Below, piece after piece: positions 54,794-63,772 of a stretch of DNA of 64,000 bases; the first letter of the stretch is position 1, and every line of letters begins with the position of its first letter. A model generated the notes under the pieces. That model saw nothing but the letters and a program-made list of their open reading frames with translations. It did not search any database and was not told where the DNA came from. The stretch spans positions 1 through 64,000 of IMG/VR virus record IMGVR_UViG_3300045110_000277. The stretch is one strand, 5' to 3'. This stretch comes from a virus. Both the position numbers and the translations under genes were made by a program.

Positions 54794-56701
54794 GTGTTCG
54801 TGGAAGACGCCATCGCCTATCTCGCCAGCAAGGCCATCCGTGTGGCCCGCGGTCCTGGTGAGGAGGTCATCGTCCACTGTCTGTTCTGCCCGGACGGTGA
54901 CCCCAAGGGCAAGGGCAAGATGTACGTCAACGCCGACACCTGGCTGTACGACTGCAAGCGGTGCGGCACTCGGGGCAACCGCAAGACCCTCATGCGCCAC
55001 TTCGGCGACGAGGACGTGGTGGAGTACATGCCGGGGCTGAACCCGGCGATGCGGCGCAAGGCTCTGTCGGAGGCCACCGACATCGCAGCCGAGATGCTGC
55101 TGGAGAACCAGCCGATCCTGGACCAGCTCAAGGCCCGCGGCCTGTCCATGCGAACCATCGTTGACGCCCGGCTGGGCTACGTGCCCACCGGCTGGAGCCT
55201 GTGCGGCTCGTTGAAGTCGACGAACGTGGTCGCCGACCTGATCGCCTCGGGCCTGATGACCGAGAAGGGCCAGGACTTCCTGGCCAACCGGATCACCATC
55301 CCGTACCAGTCGCACGGCGACGTGGTGCAGCTCCGGGGCAAGGACCCACAGCCTGGCGGCAAGTACCTGACGCCCACGGGTGACGCGGTGCGGCTATACA
55401 ACGCCGACCGGCTCCAGGACGCGCTCGACGTGATCATCGTGGAGGGGGAGTTCGATGCGCTCGTCCTCCAGCAACACCTCCAGCTGAGTGGCGACTCGAA
55501 GCTGATGGCGACAGCGGTCGTTGGCATCCCTGGCGCTGAAGCACTTCCGACGGGCTTCCTCTCCTACTTCGAGGGCGCCCGTCGGGTGTACGTGGCGCTG
55601 GACCCCGACGACACGGGGATGCGGGCGGCGATCCGCATCAAGGACCTGCTGGGTAGCAAGGCCCGTATCGTCCACCTGCCCGAGGACCTGCCCAAGTGCG
55701 ACTGGTCAGAGTTCTTCTCGGCCCGGGGCAAGACCTGGCGTGACGTGGTGCCGCTGCTGGCTGCTGCTGACTCCGAGGGCCGCAGGCTGTGGACCATCGG
55801 TGACGCGGAGACCTCGTGGCGCTACGTCGAGGACGAGGTGGGCGGCGTCAAGCTGGGCTTCCCAGAGCTGGACGACTGGATGGACCCAGGCATGAAGCCG
55901 GGCCAGGTGTTGATCCCGCTGGCGAAGACGGGCGTTGGCAAGACCAACTTCCTGTGCAACGTGGCCTGGTACACCCGCACCCGCCCGCTGCTGTACGTCA
56001 CGTTGGAGATGACGCGCGCCGAGATCTACGAGCGGCTGCGGCGCATCGCGTTCTTCTGGAACCCGCTCTACACCGACGAGCAGATCCGCGAGGAGTTCAA
56101 GCTCCTGCGCATCGTGGACCAGAACAGGCTCAAGGAGGGCGACCTGGCCCGGCTGTGCGAGGAGTACGCCGAGGAGGTCGGCATCGCCCCGCAGCTGGCG
56201 TTCGTGGACTACCTGGGCTACTACGCCAAGGGCGTCAAGGGCACCGGGCTGTACGAGAAGACCACCAACGCGGCGATGAGCTTGAAGGAGGACGCCAAGG
56301 GTGCGTTCGTCTCGCTGATCACCCCGCACCAGGTGAACCGTTCGGCGGACGACGGCAAGCCGCTGGACATGGACGACGCGCGTGACTCCGGTGCGGTCGA
56401 GGAGACGGCCGACATGATCATCAGCCTGTACGCGCCGGCGGACTCGGTGAAGGCGGTCGACGGGCGCCCCACGTCAGCGACCGTTCGCACCCAGATCCTG
56501 AAGAACCGCAACGGGCCCAAGGGGATGGCGGCGTCGTTCACGTTCAGCAACGCCTCGCTGGTGCTGGTCCCGGCGAACACTCCAGCCGCACAGCTCTGCG
56601 AGGAGGAGAACCGGATGATCTGGCGCGGTGCCAAGTACCCGGAGGTCCGGGCCTTCCGTCGTGGCGGCGAGCACGCCGACCGACAGCTGCGGCTGGCGTG
56701 A
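54794..56701 (+). CDS. Bifunctional DNA primase-helicase (Zn finger + TOPRIM + DnaB-like)
   Basis: CLFC/CKRC, IVEGEFDAL, LDPDDTG, AKTGVGKT, FVDYL, HQVNR, DSGAVEETAD, KNRNG. Confidence 0.93.
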   Translation: MFVEDAIAYLASKAIRVARGPGEEVIVHCLFCPDGDPKGKGKMYVNADTWLYDCKRCGTRGNRKTLMRHFGDEDVVEYMPGLNPAMRRKALSEATDIAAEMLLENQPILDQLKARGLSMRTIVDARLGYVPTGWSLCGSLKSTNVVADLIASGLMTEKGQDFLANRITIPYQSHGDVVQLRGKDPQPGGKYLTPTGDAVRLYNADRLQDALDVIIVEGEFDALVLQQHLQLSGDSKLMATAVVGIPGAEALPTGFLSYFEGARRVYVALDPDDTGMRAAIRIKDLLGSKARIVHLPEDLPKCDWSEFFSARGKTWRDVVPLLAAADSEGRRLWTIGDAETSWRYVEDEVGGVKLGFPELDDWMDPGMKPGQVLIPLAKTGVGKTNFLCNVAWYTRTRPLLYVTLEMTRAEIYERLRRIAFFWNPLYTDEQIREEFKLLRIVDQNRLKEGDLARLCEEYAEEVGIAPQLAFVDYLGYYAKGVKGTGLYEKTTNAAMSLKEDAKGAFVSLITPHQVNRSADDGKPLDMDDARDSGAVEETADMIISLYAPADSVKAVDGRPTSATVRTQILKNRNGPKGMAASFTFSNASLVLVPANTPAAQLCEEENRMIWRGAKYPEVRAFRRGGEHADRQLRLA

Positions 56702-56702
56702 C

Positions 56703-56930
56703 ATGGCCTACGTCCGGCCGCCGACGCCCGTTGGCACCGCACCCACAGAGCGGGAGATCGAGGTCGCCCAGCTCGTAGCGATGGGCCACAGCAACAAGGT
56801 GATCGGCAAGCGGTTGTACCTGTCCGAGGACACCGTGAAGACCCACCTGCGGCACCTGTCCGCACGGCTGGGCACCAAGAGCAGGGCGCACACGGTGATG
56901 GTGCTGCTGCGACGGGGGCTGATCCGGTGA
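56703..56930 (+). CDS. Stand-alone LuxR/GerE-type HTH regulator 1
   Basis: TEREIEVAQLVAMGHSNKVIGKRLYLSEDTVKTHL. Confidence 0.9.
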   Translation: MAYVRPPTPVGTAPTEREIEVAQLVAMGHSNKVIGKRLYLSEDTVKTHLRHLSARLGTKSRAHTVMVLLRRGLIR

Positions 56931-57142
56931 GAGCCTCGCTGATCGAGAAGCCGCTGACGGCCCGGGAGATCGAGGTCATCCAGCTGATCGCGGACGGCCA
57001 TGGCAACCGGGAGGTCGCCGAGCGGCTGCACTTGTCCCCGCTGACGATCAAGAGCCACCTGGCCCGCATCGCGTTCAAGCTGGGCAACGGCTCGCGCGCA
57101 GCCCAGGTCGCCATCGCTTGGCGGAGGGGGCTGCTGCGATGA
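56927..57142 (+). CDS. Stand-alone LuxR/GerE-type HTH regulator 2
   Basis: LTAREIEVIQLIADGHGNREVAERLHLSPLTIKSHL. Confidence 0.9.
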   Translation: MRASLIEKPLTAREIEVIQLIADGHGNREVAERLHLSPLTIKSHLARIAFKLGNGSRAAQVAIAWRRGLLR

Positions 57143-57606
57143 ACGACTACACCCGTTGGCAGCACCACGACCCGACGACCCACGGCGAGCTGTACGACAT
57201 GCTCCGCTGGATGTTCGGGCTCGGCTCGTGGGATGAGGTCACCGCCGAGGAGCCGTACTTCAAGGCGCGCGGCACCGAGATGGGCAAGCTGAAGCGGACG
57301 ATGACCGCCCGCCAGGTGGGCATCCCCGAGGCCGTGCTGGCCGCCCGGTACTGCTACCGGCACCGCATCCCGGTGCTGTGGACCACGGAGATCTTCAAGC
57401 ACCTGGCTGCTGCGCGCCGCGAGGCCGCTGAGTTCGCCCGCGGTGACATCCAGCGGGAGATGGAGGCCGCCATCAGGTGCGAACGCTCGTTGGCACGTGC
57501 TTCGAGCGACGACTGGGTGAGCCGGCTGACCCGGGCCCAGGGCGACTACCGAAGGGAGGTGCTCGACTCATGGCGGCTCAGCCAGCAGACGCAGGCGGTG
57601 TCCTGA
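57139..57606 (+). CDS. Hypothetical protein
   Basis: ATGA overlap, GC3 bias. Confidence 0.65.
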   Translation: MNDYTRWQHHDPTTHGELYDMLRWMFGLGSWDEVTAEEPYFKARGTEMGKLKRTMTARQVGIPEAVLAARYCYRHRIPVLWTTEIFKHLAAARREAAEFARGDIQREMEAAIRCERSLARASSDDWVSRLTRAQGDYRREVLDSWRLSQQTQAVS

Positions 57607-57788
57607 TCCCGTTCCCGGGCCCGGAGCGCACGTGCTTCGTGTGCCCCCACCACGAGGACACGACAGACGAGGACAACGGGCTGGCGTCGTGGTGCTCCGC
57701 ATGGGAGCAGCCCATCGACAGCGAGACGTACGAGGCAGAGGACTGCTCCCTGTTCGAGATCGACCGAGAGAAGGTGCTCCCGATATGA
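57570..57788 (+). CDS. Small Cys-cluster protein
   Basis: CFVC.H...C...A..C..F; start uncertain. Confidence 0.5.
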   Translation: MAAQPADAGGVLIPFPGPERTCFVCPHHEDTTDEDNGLASWCSAWEQPIDSETYEAEDCSLFEIDREKVLPI

Positions 57789-58333
57789 GAGCGAAACTGC
57801 TCGACCCGACAGAGCACTACCCGATCCCGATCATGCACCGCCAGCGGTTCCGGGGCTCCGGCATCACGCTGGGCTGCACCCACGCGGACTGCCGCTGGGT
57901 GCTGGACCGGCAGCTCATCCTGGGCGAGGACCTGAAGGAGCTGTTCGCCCTGTTCCACCCGCACGAGCCAACGGACGTTCGCAACGTGGGCATCCTCGGA
58001 CATCCAGGGGCCGCCGACGGCCTGGACCTGCCGCAGCGCAGCGAGGACGCGCCGATCCCGTACGAGCCGGTGGTCATCGAGCAGCCGGTGGTCACGGTGC
58101 GTGAGCCGTTCGTCGAGGCGGTCGAGGCGCTGAACGACCGGTACCCAGCGAAGAAGCAGAAGACCGCGAAGGCCCCGTGTCACAACGACCGTTGCAGCCT
58201 GGGCTACAACCATCTCGGCCGCTGCGACGCCAGCACGACCAAGGTTAGCGACTGCCCGTGTCCAGCGACGATGCGGTACTCGCTTCGGAAGATCTACTAC
58301 CCGGAGTGCCCGGTGCATGGGGCCGACTCGTGA
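57785..58333 (+). CDS. Cys/His-rich hypothetical protein
   Basis: Several C/H clusters (CPC...CPVHG). Confidence 0.6.
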   Translation: MRAKLLDPTEHYPIPIMHRQRFRGSGITLGCTHADCRWVLDRQLILGEDLKELFALFHPHEPTDVRNVGILGHPGAADGLDLPQRSEDAPIPYEPVVIEQPVVTVREPFVEAVEALNDRYPAKKQKTAKAPCHNDRCSLGYNHLGRCDASTTKVSDCPCPATMRYSLRKIYYPECPVHGADS

Positions 58334-58524
58334 GCGCCGAGCGGTGCGAGAAGACGGACCTGCTCGTGGACCAGTGTGGCTGCGACATCCACCGGCCGCC
58401 CGTCAACGTGCCCTTCATGGCCCGCTACCCGGGCTACTGCTACACGTGCGACAAGCCGTTCGTGGCTGGCGACAAGATCCGCGAGAACGAGCTGGGCCAG
58501 TACGCCCATGCGAGCCACCGATGA
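58330..58524 (+). CDS. Small Zn-binding protein
   Basis: ARYPG.C..C...F..GD.I. Confidence 0.6.
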   Translation: MSAERCEKTDLLVDQCGCDIHRPPVNVPFMARYPGYCYTCDKPFVAGDKIRENELGQYAHASHR

Positions 58525-58670
58525 CCCGCGCTGGGGTCAGCGACATCATCCTCGGCGTCCTGCTCGTGGCCGGTGTCGTCTGGGTGTGGCGGGACGCGAC
58601 CAGGGAAGCCCGTGAGCACAAGTTCGTGGAGGAGGTGGAGGCATGGCGACGCACGTACAGCCAGGGGTGA
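58521..58670 (+). CDS. Small membrane protein
   Basis: IILGVLLVAGVVWVW TM segment. Confidence 0.55.
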   Translation: MTRAGVSDIILGVLLVAGVVWVWRDATREAREHKFVEEVEAWRRTYSQG

Positions 58671-58812
58671 CCCCGAGCATGATCCACGAGTGGCGGACCA
58701 GCGTGATGGCGGTCGGCCCCGAGCACTACGAGGTCACCTGGTGCATCCGGCACGGCGAGGTGGCCAAGACGGCGATCTTGGTGGCGAGTCACCCGATCCT
58801 GGCGGGCTACCG

Positions 58813-58908
58813 GTGAAGCTCCTGTGCTGGCTGCTGCGCGGCCACGACTACAAGCTGCGGTGGGCCCTCATGGAGATCCGCTGCACCCGCTGCGGGGCCA
58901 AGCTCTGA
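58813..58908 (+). CDS. Tiny Zn-binding protein (LLC.L.GH...C.RCG)
   Basis: Typical phage microprotein motif. Confidence 0.5.
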   Translation: MKLLCWLLRGHDYKLRWALMEIRCTRCGAKL

Positions 58909-59225
58909 TGCCAGCAAAGCAAACGCTGGAGACCCGGCGTGTCCCGACGTTCCACGCCCACGGTTGCTGCAACTGTGGCCGTAGGTACCAGGACGCCTGC
59001 GCGACACCCCTGCACAACGGCCATTGCAACACCTGCTCTCTGGGGCACCCGCCCTCGCTCACGGACAACAACTACCTGCCCAAAGCCTGCTGCCGAGTGG
59101 CCAGCCGCCTGATGACGACGGTCGATGACCACAAGCGGTGGGCCCTGGGTGGCGAGGGGCCCTGGTACCGCTGCTTCACCTGCTCACGCACGCACCCGTT
59201 CAACCCAGCCGAGAGGAAGCCATGA
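58908..59225 (+). CDS. Cys-rich hypothetical protein
   Basis: Multiple CxxC pairs. Confidence 0.6.
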   Translation: MPAKQTLETRRVPTFHAHGCCNCGRRYQDACATPLHNGHCNTCSLGHPPSLTDNNYLPKACCRVASRLMTTVDDHKRWALGGEGPWYRCFTCSRTHPFNPAERKP

Positions 59226-59692
59226 GTGCCCAGCCCGAGGAGGTCGCGGCCGCCCTGGCTTCGGTCCCGACCGACCCGTTCCAGCCCGTCGTCGTCCCGA
59301 CGATCCCAGCCCCGGCTGTCGCCGGCGCCCCAGTCGCGGCACCTCCCGTGGCGCCAACGCCCGCTGCCATCCCCACGGCCGCAGCTGCCCTCCCGACTTT
59401 CGAGGGCGCCAAGGTCGAGCGGGTCGCGCTCAAGATCAGCGGCGCGGCGACCGTGGAGATGTACGACCGGCAGCTTCCCAACGCTGACCCGCGTGATGTG
59501 CAGGGCCTGGTGTCCCTGGACGACCGGGTACGCCTGGTCGGGGACTACCGCGTCGTCGGCGTCCACTTCGTGGTGGACCCCAAGACGGGTGACGCCGTGC
59601 GGATGCAGATCTTGAAGCCGCTGGAGCTGGAGATCTGCCCGTGGGACCCGTCCGACCCGACGGACACGGGGATCGTGCGAGCCCGGCCATGA
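59222..59692 (+). CDS. Hypothetical protein (Pro/Ala N-tail + beta domain)
   Basis: RBS GAGG, ATGA overlaps. Confidence 0.65.
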   Translation: MSAQPEEVAAALASVPTDPFQPVVVPTIPAPAVAGAPVAAPPVAPTPAAIPTAAAALPTFEGAKVERVALKISGAATVEMYDRQLPNADPRDVQGLVSLDDRVRLVGDYRVVGVHFVVDPKTGDAVRMQILKPLELEICPWDPSDPTDTGIVRARP

Positions 59693-59892
59693 CGCCGGAG
59701 GGCGTCCGCAGCAAGGAGAACGCGCGAACGCTCGTTCGTGAGGCAGCCGTGGAGCTGGAGCTGGCCATCCACTACGCCGAGCGGCACCCGTCAGACCCGT
59801 CCGGGTCGCATGACCTGGACTACCGCCAGGACAACTTCGGTGAGGCGCTCGACTGCTACGTGCGCTTCGTGACGCAGGGAGTAACCACGTGA
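59689..59892 (+). CDS. Hypothetical protein
   Basis: Coupled overlaps. Confidence 0.5.
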   Translation: MTPEGVRSKENARTLVREAAVELELAIHYAERHPSDPSGSHDLDYRQDNFGEALDCYVRFVTQGVTT

Positions 59893-60218
59893 GCAACGCC
59901 CGGCACGCCCACCCGCTCGGCCCAGGGGTCGAGGCGGCCATCGCCCAGGCTGAGGCCCAGCAGAAGAACGCGGACGTGATGGCCCAGCTGCCCGAGATGG
60001 TCCGACCGCAGCCGTACCCGAAGGCCATCGGTATCGGCATCGAGGAGTGGGGCGGCGAACGAGTGTTCGCACTCCAGGTCTTCTCAGCTCACGGGATCCG
60101 GGTGCTGCACTTCACCCCGGACGAGTGGGACGGGCTCAACCAACAGGTGCAGGCCCGCATGGTCGAGTGCCGTACCGGCCTGCAGGTCGCGCACGGCGGC
60201 ATCCCGCTGCTCGGCTGA
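59889..60218 (+). CDS. Hypothetical protein
   Basis: Coupled overlaps. Confidence 0.55.
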   Translation: MSNARHAHPLGPGVEAAIAQAEAQQKNADVMAQLPEMVRPQPYPKAIGIGIEEWGGERVFALQVFSAHGIRVLHFTPDEWDGLNQQVQARMVECRTGLQVAHGGIPLLG

Positions 60219-60475
60219 TGAACCGGGCGGACATCCTGGCCGAGGCGGCTCGTCTGACCACCGAGGACCGGGACAAGGACTACGGGGACCCGCTGACCAA
60301 CCACAAGCGGATCGCCAAGCTGTGGTCGGTGGTGCTGGGGCACAAGGTGACCCCGGCCCAGGTGGCGCTGTGCATGGTGCAGGTCAAGGTGGCCCGGCTG
60401 ATCGTGACGCCTGACCACACCGACAGCAACGTGGACGGCGCCGCGTACCTGGCCATCGCAGGGGAGATCGTCTGA
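60218..60475 (+). CDS. DUF6378-like phage protein
   Basis: IL.EA.....DR...YG.P..N..RIA.LWS......VALCM..VKVAR......DS.VD.A.Y. Confidence 0.8.
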   Translation: MNRADILAEAARLTTEDRDKDYGDPLTNHKRIAKLWSVVLGHKVTPAQVALCMVQVKVARLIVTPDHTDSNVDGAAYLAIAGEIV

Positions 60476-60816
60476 TGGCCAAGGTGATCGCCGGGGTCTG
60501 CGACGAGTGCGGTGCCGCGGCGCCTCACCCGCAGGTCCACGAGGGCTGGCACGCACAGCTGGAGCGGCTCCTTCGGGTGCCAACGAGCGTTGGCGCCAAG
60601 GTTGCGCCAGATCTCGCCGGCGGGATGCGGTCCGGCTTCGGCCAGGGCAGGTACCCGATCCCGCAGGAGGAGCACGAGGTACCGACCGACTTCATCGCCC
60701 CGCACCCGACCGAGCCCGCTCGGGCACCGTTCGAGGACAGCAGCCCGGAGGGCATCCACGCCGCACAGGAGGCGCTCGCGCACCTGGCACCGCGGGGCGA
60801 GGGGATGGACCGGTGA
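60475..60816 (+). CDS. Hypothetical protein
   Basis: CDECGA...H..WH. Confidence 0.55.
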   Translation: MAKVIAGVCDECGAAAPHPQVHEGWHAQLERLLRVPTSVGAKVAPDLAGGMRSGFGQGRYPIPQEEHEVPTDFIAPHPTEPARAPFEDSSPEGIHAAQEALAHLAPRGEGMDR

Positions 60817-60974
60817 GCCCGATGGGCAGGGACCGCGCTCTGTGCAACGGCCCCGGGTGCGACAGGACGTACCGCGTGGCGGCCCGCCCAGGCCCCGACC
60901 CGCTGCACCACTTCTGCTCGCAGGAGTGCCTCGACCGGTACAACGCGCTGTACAAGCGGAAGGTGCTGCGGTGA
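60813..60974 (+). CDS. Small TRASH/MYM-like Zn-finger protein
   Basis: CNGPGC...HFCSQECL. Confidence 0.55.
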   Translation: MSPMGRDRALCNGPGCDRTYRVAARPGPDPLHHFCSQECLDRYNALYKRKVLR

Positions 60975-61210
60975 GCCAGGTGATCCGGTCCATCTTCTTC
61001 GGCGATGGGCTCGTCGAGATCGTCTACATGGACCTGCCAGCGGACGTTCGCGCCAACGGCACCCTGGCCCAGTCGCACACGCTGTCCATCGACACCGAGC
61101 ACGGGGACTACGACACCGAGCGGGAGGCCGTGGAGGAGGCCGCGCTCGCCTTGCTGCGGGACGCGCTGGAGGACTTCCACGCCCCGCCCGCCGTCTTGCC
61201 TGGGGAGTGA
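60971..61210 (+). CDS. Hypothetical protein
   Basis: GTGA overlaps. Confidence 0.55.
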   Translation: MSQVIRSIFFGDGLVEIVYMDLPADVRANGTLAQSHTLSIDTEHGDYDTEREAVEEAALALLRDALEDFHAPPAVLPGE

Positions 61211-61671
61211 TCGTGTCTACCGAGTTGGAGACCGAGACCGTCCGATACCTCCGTGGGGAGGTGGACGCTGTGGCCGAGAAGCTCGTGGACATCACGATCA
61301 GGTGCGCGAAGTGCTTGAAGGCCGGGCAGTACGCGCCCACGGGCGTTCGCGTCACGGTGCTCAGCAACCTGGGCTGCTACTACGAGTTCTTCTGCCAGTC
61401 CACAGCCTGCCGGGCCTACAACAAGGCGTGGCTGGACCTGGAGCCGGCGACGAAGCTGCACGACGCCGGGGTGCCAACGAGGGTCATCGACGTGCCCGCT
61501 GAGGTCGGCGAGCACCCGCACCCGGACGCCCCCGGCCTGTCCGAAGACGACTTGCACGTGTTCCTGCGGTACCTCAAGCACATCGAGGACGTTGCGGAGG
61601 GGGAAGCTGATGAAGCTGGAGCGGTTCATCGAGTGCCTCGAAAGCATCGGCGAGCGGACCCGAAAGGCTGA
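61207..61671 (+). CDS. Zn-ribbon hypothetical protein
   Basis: CAKC...YEFFC...C...L..AGV. Confidence 0.6.
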   Translation: MIVSTELETETVRYLRGEVDAVAEKLVDITIRCAKCLKAGQYAPTGVRVTVLSNLGCYYEFFCQSTACRAYNKAWLDLEPATKLHDAGVPTRVIDVPAEVGEHPHPDAPGLSEDDLHVFLRYLKHIEDVAEGEADEAGAVHRVPRKHRRADPKG

Positions 61672-61955
61672 CGAGGCCGATGAGTAGGTGCGTCCACGTC
61701 TGGCTGGGTCACATCTGCCTGGCGTGCGGCGCGTGGGACGGCAAGGACATGGAGGGCAGCTCTGAAGAACCTGCCGGCGGCCCAGGTGGCTGACCTAGAC
61801 GCCAACGACCGTTCGCAGGGGCCGACATGCCTGGAGGTGTTGGTCTTCAGGGCTGGCGAGGTCTTCCCGGAGGACCACGGCGACATCGTGATCGGCTGCG
61901 ATCTGCTCATCGACGGGCACGTGGAGCACGCGGGCGACGGCTGGAGGTGGACCGG

Positions 61956-62330
61956 GTGAGTCACCTGCGCCTGGTCCAGCCGTACTCGAAGGACGAGCAG
62001 ACCGGCGACGGTGACGCTCAAGCAGAGACGAAGGCGGTGCCAGCGGCCGTTCGTGCCGCGGTGCTGGAGCGAGATGGCCACAGCTGCCGGGTATGCGGGT
62101 CGTACGCGAAGGAGCCCGCGGTCCACCACATCAGCTACCGCTCGGAGGGCGGGCTGCACGTGGTGGAGAACCTGGTCACGGTCCACTGGATGTACGAGCC
62201 CCGGTGCCACGAGAGGGCACACGCAGACAAGGGCCTGTGGCAGCCGCTGCTGGCCGAGGTCGTGAAGCACGACGGGATGACCGCCATGGGCCTGCTGAGG
62301 CGCTACCGGGCAGCACAGGGGTGCTCGTGA
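61956..62330 (+). CDS. HNH endonuclease
   Basis: VLERDG..C..CG...VHHI..RS.GG....NL......CH..AH. Confidence 0.85.
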   Translation: MSHLRLVQPYSKDEQTGDGDAQAETKAVPAAVRAAVLERDGHSCRVCGSYAKEPAVHHISYRSEGGLHVVENLVTVHWMYEPRCHERAHADKGLWQPLLAEVVKHDGMTAMGLLRRYRAAQGCS

Positions 62331-62551
62331 CGTACCGCGAGCCTCCCGAGGGCTGGTTGCAGTTCGGCACGCACGCCGTGCTGCCCATCGTCCCGCCGCT
62401 GCTGTTCAGCGAGGAGCGGGATGAGGTGGGAGATCCGCTCTGGGAACGGGCGTTGACACCCAAGGATGTCGCCGACTTCCTCTGGAGCATCGGCCACGTG
62501 ACCTCGTTCACCGCCGTGCGCGACCACTACAAGCTGAAGTGGACCTCGTGA
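62327..62551 (+). CDS. Hypothetical protein
   Basis: GTGA overlaps. Confidence 0.45.
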   Translation: MTYREPPEGWLQFGTHAVLPIVPPLLFSEERDEVGDPLWERALTPKDVADFLWSIGHVTSFTAVRDHYKLKWTS

Positions 62552-62711
62552 GCCGGCACGCGCGGGACGCCAGCGACCATCCGTACGCGGAGGCGTTGGA
62601 GTGCCTCGACGAGCTGACCCAGATGCTGCTGGACACCGCGCGGGACGTGGAGTGGGCCAGGCAGGGCGGCTGTTACCCGTGGGAGTACCCGAAGCCTGGA
62701 GGTAGGCACGC

Positions 62712-63458
62712 ATGACAGACCTGGCCGAGACGTGGGCCGAGTACGGAGCCACCCGCAGCCCGGTGGCGAGGGACGCCCTGATCTTGGCGTACCGCCCGCT
62801 GGTCAGGTACGTGGCGGCCCGGCTGGCCCAGGGCCTGCCAGCGTCCGTTGAGGTCCAGGATCTCGCCAGCTACGGGGTCTTCGGGCTGATCGACGCCATC
62901 GAGAAGTACGAGATCGGGCGGGTGAAGTTCGAGACGTACGCGATCCAGCGGATCCGAGGAGCCATCCTCGACGAGCTTCGAGCCCTGGACTGGGCGCCAA
63001 GGTCCGTTCGCAGCAAGGCTCGTGCCATCGAGCGTGAGCTCAGCCGGCTGGAGCACGAGCTCGGGCGCACCCCGTCGGAGGAGGAGCTGGCAACGGCCGT
63101 TGGCGTTTCGGCGCAAGACCTGCGCCGCAGCTTGAGCCAGCTCCGCCTGGCCCAGACGGACAGCCTGGACCGCAGCGTGGCCGGGCCGGACGACACGGGC
63201 TCGACGCTGGCCGACCGGGTGGAGGACCGTTCGGACATCACGTTGACTCCGCAGATGGAGGAGGCCGGACGCCTGCTTTCTGAGGGTATTGCTCGACTTC
63301 CGGACCGCGAACGCACGTTCATGGCCCTGTACTACTTCGAGGGCCTGACGCTGGCGGACATCGGCGTCACCCTGCGGGTCTCGGAGTCGCGGGTCTGCCA
63401 GCTCCATACCCGGGCGGCGGTGGCGCTCCAGCGGATCCTCGCTGGGCAACTGGTCTGA
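62712..63458 (+). CDS. whiG: RNA polymerase sigma factor, FliA/WhiG (sigma28) family
   Basis: LILAYRPLVRYVA.R...GLP..V...DL.SYGVFGLIDAIEK...KFETYA..RIRGAILDELRALDW.PRSVR; LYYFEGLTLADIG..L.VSESRVCQLH. Confidence 0.93.
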   Translation: MTDLAETWAEYGATRSPVARDALILAYRPLVRYVAARLAQGLPASVEVQDLASYGVFGLIDAIEKYEIGRVKFETYAIQRIRGAILDELRALDWAPRSVRSKARAIERELSRLEHELGRTPSEEELATAVGVSAQDLRRSLSQLRLAQTDSLDRSVAGPDDTGSTLADRVEDRSDITLTPQMEEAGRLLSEGIARLPDRERTFMALYYFEGLTLADIGVTLRVSESRVCQLHTRAAVALQRILAGQLV

Positions 63459-63482
63459 GTTCATCGCCCGTTTGGCCGATGA
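63457..63482 (+). promoter_or_regulatory. Putative sigma28/WhiG-type promoter immediately after the sigma gene
   Basis: GAGTT-N13-GCCGATGA. Confidence 0.6.
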
Positions 63483-63523
63483 CCCTGGCGTTGACTCGGG
63501 CCACCCGTATGAGGGGGCAAGCC

Positions 63524-63772
63524 GTGGGGTTCGCAGCAAGCATCGAGAAGGCCAAGGCTAAGCAGGACACCAGGAACCGGAAGTGCTCAGTCCTTCTGGC
63601 GCTGGAGAGCATGACTCCGAAGGACCGGGCGGCGCTGACCGCCAGCCTGCTGGACGACGAGATCCGACACGCGACCATCGAGACGGCGCTGCGGGAGTCG
63701 GGGATCACCTACTGCAAGGCCGGGACCATCTCCCGGCATCGTTCCGGTGGCTGCTCGTGTGGTGACTCCTGA
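63524..63772 (+). CDS. Small HTH/Zn protein
   Basis: C.V...L......I..AL...G......I.RHR.G.CSC. Confidence 0.6.
   Translation: MGFAASIEKAKAKQDTRNRKCSVLLALESMTPKDRAALTASLLDDEIRHATIETALRESGITYCKAGTISRHRSGGCSCGDS

Noticed and set aside
61676-61683. GCCGATGA (also at 40502 and 4795) as additional sigma28 promoters
   Set aside because: No matching upstream NAGWT element at 13-14 nt spacing; two simply contain a start codon
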